Shown piece after piece: positions 9,530 to 16,895 of a DNA stretch of 52,485 nucleotides; position 1 is the first letter of the stretch; each line of letters opens with the position of its first letter. A program made the translations under genes and the position numbers. The notes under the pieces were generated by a model. It saw only the letters and a program-made list of their open reading frames with translations, did no database searches and was not told the origin of the DNA. Source of the DNA: Deltaproteobacteria bacterium (GTDB taxonomy: Bacteria > Desulfobacterota > Binatia > UBA12015); assembly GCA_046583355.1 (NCBI GenBank), contig JAYGCM010000062.1, forward strand, positions 1 to 52,485. The letters are read 5' to 3'.

Positions 9530-9910
9530 ATGCTCATCACATCCATCGGCGCCTGCATCATCCTACTCGCCTCCCTCTTCATCGCCTGGCCGCTACTCGC
9601 GCCAGCCCGCAGCGCGACCACAGCCGCAGCCGCACCCACGAGCGGTGGCAAGGAAGCCATCCACATATTGGAGACCCAGCGCGACCAAGCATTGGCGGCC
9701 CTACGCGAGGCACGCCTCGACCACGCCACCGGCAAATGGAGCGACGAGGACTACAATACAATGCGCGCCGAACTCGAAGGCCGCGCCCTGGACGCCATCA
9801 CCACCCTCGACGCCACCGCCGCCCCCACCCCGCCGTCCACCTGCACCGCCTGCGCCCACCCCTGCCCACCCCAAGCCCGCTTCTGCGGCGTCTGCGGCCA
9901 GAGCCAATAA
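9530..9910 (+). CDS. Membrane-anchored CcmI-N-like protein with C-terminal zinc ribbon
   Basis: N-terminal TM; LREARLDHATGKWSDEDY (CcmI N-terminus-like); CTAC...FCGVCG zinc ribbon; AGGA RBS; last gene of the ccm run. Confidence 0.7.
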   Translation: MLITSIGACIILLASLFIAWPLLAPARSATTAAAAPTSGGKEAIHILETQRDQALAALREARLDHATGKWSDEDYNTMRAELEGRALDAITTLDATAAPTPPSTCTACAHPCPPQARFCGVCGQSQ

Positions 9911-9919
9911 TCCCCTTCA

Positions 9920-9945
9920 GGGGACGTGTACCTTTTTCTGTCCCC
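9920..9945. repeat. GGGGAC...GTCCCC imperfect palindrome (REP-like or terminator-like)
   Basis: GGGGACGTGTACCTTTTTCTGTCCCC just downstream of the ccm operon. Confidence 0.4.
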
Positions 9946-9988
9946 TTGCCTCCTGGCGCAGGCGAAATCACGGCGCTCCACCAGGAGC

Positions 9989-10011
9989 GGTGCAGTTTTC
10001 GGCCGGACCTC
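9989..10011. repeat. Isolated terminal-inverted-repeat remnant of the MITE family
   Basis: GGTGCAGTTTTCGGCCGGACCTC shares TTTTCGGCCGGACCTC with 29-44 and is a near reverse complement of 13700-13722. Confidence 0.65.
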
Positions 10012-10027
10012 GTAAGGAGGGAGAGAT

Positions 10028-10867
10028 ATGGGACTCATTGCTGAAGGATTCGCCTTTCTGGAGGGTCCGCGCTGGCGCGACGGCGCTCTCTATTTCTCGG
10101 ATATGCACGGCCACGCCGTCTTTCGCTGGAGTGCAACCGACGGGGTGAGCAAGATAGTCGACGTTCCCACTCGGCCCTCGGGGCTTGGCTGGGACAACGC
10201 CGGACGCATGCTGATCGTGTCGATGCAGGACCGATCGCTTCTGCGGCTTGCGAACGGGTCGCTCACCAAGATTGCCGACCTCTCGGAAATCGCGACCTTC
10301 GATACCAACGATATGGTCGTGGACTCTCGCGGTGGCGCCTATATCGGCAACTTCGGTTTCCCGCTGGAGGGGGATGGCTCGGGCACGCCAGTCGCGGCGA
10401 AGCTCGTTTACGTCGATCCGCAGGGCGGGGTTCATATTGTGGCAGACGAGATGCTCTTTCCGAACGGAAGCGTAATCACACCCGACGGCAAGACTCTCAT
10501 CGTCGGCGAGACCATGGCCGGGCGACTCAGCGCCTTCGATATCGCCGACGACGGCATGCTCTCAGGCCGTCGGGTATGGGCCGATCTCGCGGGCCGCGCA
10601 CCGGACGGTTGTTGCCTCGATGCCGAAGGCGCAGTCTGGGTGGCTTCCGTCACAACAAATGAATTCGTTCGCATCCGCGAAGGCGGCGCAATCGTCGATA
10701 CGATCCGTGTCGATCGGATGGCGATCGCCTGCACTCTCGGCGGCGACGACGGCCACACCCTCTTCCTCCTCACCTCACAAAGCACCGCGCACGAAGAGTC
10801 GCGCCGACTCCGCAGCGCGCAGATCGAAACCCATCACGTCGAGGTACCGAGCGGCAACAGTCCCTAG
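10028..10867 (+). CDS. SMP-30/gluconolactonase/LRE family beta-propeller
   Basis: FLEGPRW, NDMVVD, FPNG, PDGCCLDAEG motifs; AAGGAGG RBS. Confidence 0.93.
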   Translation: MGLIAEGFAFLEGPRWRDGALYFSDMHGHAVFRWSATDGVSKIVDVPTRPSGLGWDNAGRMLIVSMQDRSLLRLANGSLTKIADLSEIATFDTNDMVVDSRGGAYIGNFGFPLEGDGSGTPVAAKLVYVDPQGGVHIVADEMLFPNGSVITPDGKTLIVGETMAGRLSAFDIADDGMLSGRRVWADLAGRAPDGCCLDAEGAVWVASVTTNEFVRIREGGAIVDTIRVDRMAIACTLGGDDGHTLFLLTSQSTAHEESRRLRSAQIETHHVEVPSGNSP

Positions 10868-10954
10868 TCAGCACGGAACGACCGAGCCGAAAGGCACGCC
10901 TCCTTCCGGGCGCCGCTTGCAGCAGACGAGATAGCCGGGCAGGCTCGCTCTTCG

Positions 10955-11764
10955 ATGCAAGAAAAAGCGGCAAGCGGAGTTGCGGGCGCGTGGGTCAACG
11001 AGATTATTGCGCTACTCGGCTCGATGGGCCTTGCGGCCGAAACGGAAAAGGACGGCCACGGCACCTTTCATATTCTGGTCGATGGGCGTGATCTGTGGCG
11101 CGCGCAGGCATTGATTGCCGAGGAATACCCCGAAGGCATCCCGCCAGCACCGCCCCCCGAGCCACCGCAAATCGAGACCACCTGGATTGGTCGCGGATTG
11201 GGCGGCCTGGCCCTGATCATGGGCGCTTGCGCACTCGTTTTCTACAGCCTGCGAGAATTCGGCATCGAGCCTACCCGCGCCGATTATCTCCGCCACGGCG
11301 TGATCACCTGGGAAAGAGTCGATCAGGGCGAGATCTGGCGGATGCTCACGGCCGTTTTTGTACATTTCGATGGCCTGCATCTGGCATCCAATATGCTGAC
11401 CTTGCTGCTGGTCGGCCCGCTGCTGGCACATATCATCGGCGGCACCCGCTTCGTTTTATCTTTTGCCCTGACGGGGATCGGCGGTAATCTTGCCAGTCAT
11501 TTTCTCGCCGCCAGCGGCGCCCTCAAGGCCGGCGCCTCGGGCGGGGTGGCCGGCGTGCTCGGCATGCTGGCCGGCATTTCATTGCGTCCCGGCCGCCAGA
11601 GTCGCTACCGGCGCTGGCAGGTACTCGCCGGCATTGCGGCGGCATATGCCATGCTTGTCGGCACGAGCCCTCGCAGCGACGATATCGCCCACGCCGGCGG
11701 CCTGCTCAGCGGGATTGCGCTCGGATTCCTGCAGCGCACGGATTTACCCACCCGACGGACCTGA
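10955..11764 (+). CDS. Rhomboid family intramembrane serine protease
   Basis: WRMLTAVFVH..GLHLASN, catalytic GASGG and AHAGG. Confidence 0.9.
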   Translation: MQEKAASGVAGAWVNEIIALLGSMGLAAETEKDGHGTFHILVDGRDLWRAQALIAEEYPEGIPPAPPPEPPQIETTWIGRGLGGLALIMGACALVFYSLREFGIEPTRADYLRHGVITWERVDQGEIWRMLTAVFVHFDGLHLASNMLTLLLVGPLLAHIIGGTRFVLSFALTGIGGNLASHFLAASGALKAGASGGVAGVLGMLAGISLRPGRQSRYRRWQVLAGIAAAYAMLVGTSPRSDDIAHAGGLLSGIALGFLQRTDLPTRRT

Positions 11765-11792
11765 CGGGGAATCCCTTGAGGTCCGGCGGCAC

Positions 11793-12866
11793 TCAATAGT
11801 CGATGACGGAGCGGATGACTTCGCCTTCCTCCATCGCCCGGAAAGCATCGTTGACGTCAGCCAATCCGATACGGCGACTGATCATCCCTTCCAGATCCAG
11901 CTTGCCCTGACGCCAGAGTCGCAGAAGCTTTCCGAAATCCGTGCGGACATCGGCACTACCGAACATCGAGCCTTTGATCGTCTTCGCCTGGTAGGCCAGC
12001 TCGAACCCGTTGAACGAGACAGATTCCGCGAAGCGGCCCATCCCCACAATGACCGTGGTGCCGCCGCGGCGGGTCATATCGTATGCCTGACGAACGGTCT
12101 TCGGGTGGCCGATACATTCGAGCGCGAAATCGAACCCATCGCCGGCCGTGATCTCGTTCACCGCGCTCTCAATATCATCAGGCAGGACCGCATGCGTTGC
12201 GCCGAAATGTTTGGCCTGGTCGAGCTTCGACTCGACCGTATCGACGGCCAGAATTTCCGCAGCACCGGCAATCCGCGCGCCCTGAATCGCCGCAATGCCG
12301 ACACCACCCGCACCGATCACCACGACAGAAGAGCCTGGAGTTACCTCGGCCGTCCACATGGCCGCGCCTACGCCTGTCGTCACGCCACAGCCGATCAATG
12401 CTGCGATATCGAGTGGGATATCGCTGGGCACCGGGACCACGGCCGCCGCCGAGACGATCATCTCTTCGGCGAATGTTCCCAGCCCGCAAAAGGCGACCAA
12501 CTCCTCGCCACCAACGCGGAAGCGATTGGCGGAAGCCGTCGAGTGCATCAACTCACAGAGAAAGGGCTGGCCGCCGAGGCAACGCCGACAAACGCCGCAG
12601 GCCGGCGTAAACGAGGCGATCACAGAATCGCCGGCCTTCACGCCCTGGACCGCCGTGCCGACCTCCTGGACGATGCCGGCTCCTTCGTGGCCGAGCACGC
12701 AGGGCAAGGGCGAGGGAAGCGTACCATTTTGCGCCGAGAGGTCGGAGTGGCAGACGCCACTCGCAACCAACTTCACATGCACATCGTTTGCGCCAAGCTC
12801 AAGAAGTTCGACGTCATCGCGAATTTCGAGAGCTTGTTCCCGTGCATTCAGAATTGCTGCCTTCAT
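11793..12866 (-). CDS. Zn-dependent alcohol dehydrogenase (class III / MDR superfamily)
   Basis: GVCHSD, GHEGAG, structural Zn CGVCRRC...C, GCGVTTG, GAGGVG. Confidence 0.95.
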   Translation of the reverse strand: MKAAILNAREQALEIRDDVELLELGANDVHVKLVASGVCHSDLSAQNGTLPSPLPCVLGHEGAGIVQEVGTAVQGVKAGDSVIASFTPACGVCRRCLGGQPFLCELMHSTASANRFRVGGEELVAFCGLGTFAEEMIVSAAAVVPVPSDIPLDIAALIGCGVTTGVGAAMWTAEVTPGSSVVVIGAGGVGIAAIQGARIAGAAEILAVDTVESKLDQAKHFGATHAVLPDDIESAVNEITAGDGFDFALECIGHPKTVRQAYDMTRRGGTTVIVGMGRFAESVSFNGFELAYQAKTIKGSMFGSADVRTDFGKLLRLWRQGKLDLEGMISRRIGLADVNDAFRAMEEGEVIRSVIDY

Positions 12867-12958
12867 TTGGATCCCACCTCAGTTCCAGGAGCGCCGAAAA
12901 GGACGCCTGATGGCCCCTGCGCTGCCGAAAAAGAAAAGCCAAGGGTCCGACCGAATCT

Positions 12959-13684
12959 CTAGTCTTTTCGGCGCGGGAAGAGAAGCGTCCGGATCCAATT
13001 CGCCCAACCGTTGTCTCGCAACGCAAGGTGCTGGATGTATTTCTGGCGGGATTTGATGAGTGCCGGGCTCTCGGTGAAAAGCGTGCCCATCGTGACGATC
13101 TCCTCGGCAGGGTCGAGGCGCTTCACGATGCGGGCCGGATTTCCTGCCACCACGACGTTCGGCGGCACATCCTGGGCAACCACCGCGCGCGCGCCGACGA
13201 CCGAGTTCTCTCCGATGGTCACGCCCTTGAGCACGCAGGCGCCCTCGCCGATCCAGACGTTCTTCTCCAGCACGACGGGCGCGTGCGCACCGCCTTCCTG
13301 CGTCCTATCGTAGAGGCCGTGCCAATCGGCGTCGGTGATATAGGCGCCGGCGGCGATCATACAATCGTCGCCGAGAACGATCTCCGCGGCCGCCTGAATG
13401 CGAACACCCGGCAAAATCAGACAATGATCGCCGATCTTGACCTGACCGCAGGCCCCAGGCGGGCCCCAGCCACAGATCTCCACCGGCCGCGCGCGTTCCG
13501 CCACGATATGCAGGAAAGAGCCGGCGCGCAGGCCACCGCCACGCAATTGCACATTCCACGGGCCGCGGATCAGGTGCCCGTCGCCCAGCGCATCCATGCG
13601 CGGCGCGAGAAAATGCCGCACCCAGAAGGCCTCAAAGCCAAGTATCGCGCGAAGAGCGAGGAAGGGTCTGTGATCATGCCGCAA
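12959..13684 (-). CDS. Hexapeptide-repeat (left-handed beta-helix) acyltransferase
   Basis: DADWH, VWIGEGACVLKGVTIGENSVVGARAVV, AGNPAR. Confidence 0.88.
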   Translation of the reverse strand: MRHDHRPFLALRAILGFEAFWVRHFLAPRMDALGDGHLIRGPWNVQLRGGGLRAGSFLHIVAERARPVEICGWGPPGACGQVKIGDHCLILPGVRIQAAAEIVLGDDCMIAAGAYITDADWHGLYDRTQEGGAHAPVVLEKNVWIGEGACVLKGVTIGENSVVGARAVVAQDVPPNVVVAGNPARIVKRLDPAEEIVTMGTLFTESPALIKSRQKYIQHLALRDNGWANWIRTLLFPRRKD

Positions 13685-13696
13685 GACACGGCAGAT

Positions 13697-13722
13697 CTAG
13701 AGGTCCGGCCGGAAAGTGCAAC
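13697..13722. repeat. Terminal-inverted-repeat remnant of the MITE family, left-end orientation
   Basis: CTAGAGGTCCGGCCGGAAAGTGCAAC begins with CTAG and the family end motif. Confidence 0.7.
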
Positions 13723-13842
13723 GGCCGGCGCTGCTCGATTGCAGCGCGCCTGGTGGCGTGGCCTGAAAGTGCAGAAAATCCTTGCTCCCATGGTGTTCCC
13801 CGGGGTGCCCTTCCGATAGCCAAGAAGAACGGAGGACTACGC

Positions 13843-14598
13843 ATGGATCTGGGACTGAAGGAACAAACGGCGATCATCATCGGCGCAAGCCGCGGAATCG
13901 GGAAGGCGACCGCGCTCGCGCTCGCCTCCGAGGGCTGCCATGTCGCGATCTGTGCACGTGGGGAGGAGGCCCTCTATGCGACCGCCCACCAACTGGAGGC
14001 CAAAGGCGTGCGCGTGCATGCGGCCATCTGCGACGCCGCGGACCCGGCCGCGCTCGATGCTTTCCTCGACAGCGCACGGGAGACGCTGGGGGAGATCCAC
14101 ATCCTCGTGAATAATGCCTCGGCCTTCGCTTTCGGTGCCGGCGAAGAAGATTGGCGGCGCAGTTTTGAAATCGACCTGCTCGCGGCGGTCCACGCCACCG
14201 GACGGGTGATTCCCTGGTTCCTTGCCTCCGGCAGCGGCACCATCATTCATGTATCCTCAACCGCAGCCCTCGAAGCCCCCAGCCCGCTCGCCTATTCGGC
14301 GATGAAGGCGGCCCTCTTGAGCCATGCGAAAAATGTCGCGGTAGCGCATGCCGCCGGTGGCATCCGCGTCAATTGCGTCGCACCCGGAGCGGTCGAATTT
14401 CCCGGCGGCATCTGGGACGACGCCAAGAAGAACAATCCGGAGTTCTACCAGGAGATGCTCGCCTCGGTGCCGGGCGGCCGCATGGTCAACGATAAAGAAG
14501 TGGCCGCAGCGATCGTCTTTCTCGCCTCCCCACTTGCCTCCGGAATCAACGGCGCCGTACTCGCGGTCGACGCCGCCCAGCACAAGGGCAACCTCTAA
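13843..14598 (+). CDS. Short-chain dehydrogenase/reductase
   Basis: GASRGIG, NNAS, YSAMK; GGAGG RBS. Confidence 0.92.
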   Translation: MDLGLKEQTAIIIGASRGIGKATALALASEGCHVAICARGEEALYATAHQLEAKGVRVHAAICDAADPAALDAFLDSARETLGEIHILVNNASAFAFGAGEEDWRRSFEIDLLAAVHATGRVIPWFLASGSGTIIHVSSTAALEAPSPLAYSAMKAALLSHAKNVAVAHAAGGIRVNCVAPGAVEFPGGIWDDAKKNNPEFYQEMLASVPGGRMVNDKEVAAAIVFLASPLASGINGAVLAVDAAQHKGNL

Positions 14599-14599
14599 A

Positions 14600-16654
14600 T
14601 CAGCGCAAGCCGGCGTGACGGAGCAGGGCTTCGGTGGTGGGGGCGCGGCCACGGAAGGCCGCAAAGACTTCCATCGGCGGGCGACTCCCGCCGAGGCCCA
14701 GAACCGTGTCACGGAAACGCCGGCCGGTTTCGCGGATCGCTTCTTCGTCGTCGAGTCCGGCCTCCTCGAACGCCGCAAAGGCATCGGCCGAGAGCACCTC
14801 GGCCCATTTGTAGCTGTAGTAGCCGGCGGCATAGCCTCCGGCGAAGATATGCCCGAAAGAGCAGAGGAAGCGGTCTTCGGCTAGCGGCGGCAGAACGGTG
14901 GTCTTCTCGGCGATCCGGCGCTGCACATCAAAGGCGCTTTCGCCCGAGCTCGGGTCGAGCTCATGATGCAGGGCGATATCCGTCATGCTGAAATAGAGTT
15001 GACGCAACATATCGGAGCCGGCGCGATAGGTCCGCGCGGCGCGGATCTTCTCGAAAATCTCCTCGGGCAGCTTCTCGCCCGTCTCGATATGCTGCGAAAG
15101 GCCAAGCAAGACTTCCCGCTCGTAGCACCAATTTTCCATGAATTGACTCGGCAACTCGACGGCATCCCATTCGATATTGCGGATCCCCGACGCCATCGGT
15201 CGCTCGACCTGAGTCAGCATATGCTGCAACCCGTGGCCGAATTCATGGAAAAGCGTACTGACCTCGAGGAAGCTCATCAGCGAGGGCTTGTCCCCAACCG
15301 GGGGCGCCTGGTTGCAGATCAGATAGGCCACCGGCTTCTTCCCCGGTGCGCGCCCGATGCATTCGTCCATCCAGGCTCCCCCGCGTTTCTCCGCGGGCCG
15401 GCTGTAGGCATCGAGGTAGAAGGCGGCGATCTCCGACCCCTCCTCGTCGCAGACGCGGAAGAAGCGCACGGCCTCGTTCCATAGCGGCGCCTCACCATCG
15501 GCGGCTTTGATCTTCACGCCGAAGAGGCGCTCGGCCAGCCGAAAAAGGCCGTCGAGAACTCGTGGCATCGGGAAATAGGGCCGCAAGGCTTCGTCGCTAT
15601 ACGCGTAACGCTTCTCGCGCAGGCGCTCGGCCCAAAACGAAATATCCCAGGGCTTGAGGCCCGCGCCTTCGGGCGCGCCCATCTCGGCGGCGAGTTCCTG
15701 CAGATCACGCAGGTCCTTCTCCGCCGAAGCGAACGAAGCCGTACGCAGATCTTCGAGCATCGCGGCGACCGACTCGACATCCGGCGCCATCTTCGTCGAA
15801 AGGCTGAGAGCGGCGAAATCTTCGAAGCCGAGAAGCCGCGCCTCCTCCCGGCGCAGCTTGAGAATCTCTGCGATCAACCCTGTATTGTCATCCGCACCCG
15901 TGCTGGCGCGCGTGATATATTCGCGGTAGATCGCCTCGCGCAGATCACGCCGCTTCGCATGCTGCAAGAAGGGGCCGACACTCGGCGCATCGAGCGTGAT
16001 GCGCCAGGGACCGGCCTCCGGCGTCGCCGCGGCATCGCCCTCGGAGGACGCGCCATGGGCGGCGAGCTGCTTGAGACTCTCGGGCAACCCGTCGACCTCG
16101 GCCGGATCGTGCAAAACAAGGCTGAAGGCCTTGGTCGCATCGAGGACATGGTTTGAGAACTTCGTCGAGCATTCTGCCAGCTCGGCCTGAATCGCGTTGA
16201 AGCGATCCTTGGCCGCACCCGTAAGCGCCACACCGGCGAGTTTCGCATCGCGCAAACCCGAGGTGACGATTCTTTGTTGGGTGGCATCCAGCGCAGCGAA
16301 GCCCGCGCCGGCGGCCAGGCCTTCCAGGGCGCGATAGAGCGGCTGGCTCTGCGCCATTTGAAGGCCGAAAGCGACGATCTCGGGCTGCATCGTCTCATGC
16401 GCCGTGCGCAGATCATCGGAGTTCTGCACGCCCATCAAATGGCCGACGACACCCCAGGCGCGACCAAGACGTTCGCCGAGCGCAGAAGGTGCCTCCACCG
16501 CTGCCTCCCAGCTGGGTTCTGCCGCCGTCTCCAGTTTCGCCAACTCCTGGGCGAGGTCGGCGAGAAGCTCGCGCATGGCAGGCACGATATGGGACACCTC
16601 GATGGCGTCGAAGGGCGGTAATCCGCCCGTAAAAAGAAGTGGGTTCTTCGACAT
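14600..16654 (-). CDS. prlC: Oligopeptidase A (M3 metallopeptidase)
   Basis: KRGGAWM, HEFGH, WDAVELPSQFMENW, GYAAGYYSYKWAEVL; start at MSKNPLL. Confidence 0.95.
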   Translation of the reverse strand: MSKNPLLFTGGLPPFDAIEVSHIVPAMRELLADLAQELAKLETAAEPSWEAAVEAPSALGERLGRAWGVVGHLMGVQNSDDLRTAHETMQPEIVAFGLQMAQSQPLYRALEGLAAGAGFAALDATQQRIVTSGLRDAKLAGVALTGAAKDRFNAIQAELAECSTKFSNHVLDATKAFSLVLHDPAEVDGLPESLKQLAAHGASSEGDAAATPEAGPWRITLDAPSVGPFLQHAKRRDLREAIYREYITRASTGADDNTGLIAEILKLRREEARLLGFEDFAALSLSTKMAPDVESVAAMLEDLRTASFASAEKDLRDLQELAAEMGAPEGAGLKPWDISFWAERLREKRYAYSDEALRPYFPMPRVLDGLFRLAERLFGVKIKAADGEAPLWNEAVRFFRVCDEEGSEIAAFYLDAYSRPAEKRGGAWMDECIGRAPGKKPVAYLICNQAPPVGDKPSLMSFLEVSTLFHEFGHGLQHMLTQVERPMASGIRNIEWDAVELPSQFMENWCYEREVLLGLSQHIETGEKLPEEIFEKIRAARTYRAGSDMLRQLYFSMTDIALHHELDPSSGESAFDVQRRIAEKTTVLPPLAEDRFLCSFGHIFAGGYAAGYYSYKWAEVLSADAFAAFEEAGLDDEEAIRETGRRFRDTVLGLGGSRPPMEVFAAFRGRAPTTEALLRHAGLR

Positions 16655-16773
16655 GGGACGCGTCTCGCTCTCTTCTGGACCAATCGCCGCGACGGCTGCT
16701 CTTGTGAATAAGAAGCCGGCCGACACAGCCTTCGTCGCTGACGTAGCGCGGGTCCCGCGGGCGGGCAAGATCC

Positions 16774-16804
16774 GATGCAGGCCTGACTCTTCGGCCGGAC
16801 CTCT
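16774..16804. repeat. Terminal-inverted-repeat remnant of the MITE family
   Basis: GATGCAGGCCTGACTCTTCGGCCGGACCTCT matches 16-45 with one insertion and one substitution. Confidence 0.75.
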
Positions 16805-16895
16805 TGGAGGCGCGTGAGCGAAAGGATTTGCGAGGGGAGACGGAACCTGATCGAAAAGAGAAATCGCCACCTGCGGCGATGCCCTGGAGTTGGAT

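Noticed and set aside
11776..11787. TTGAGGTCCGGC as another MITE end
   Set aside because: Only about 10 matching bases in GC-rich DNA; cannot be distinguished from chance.
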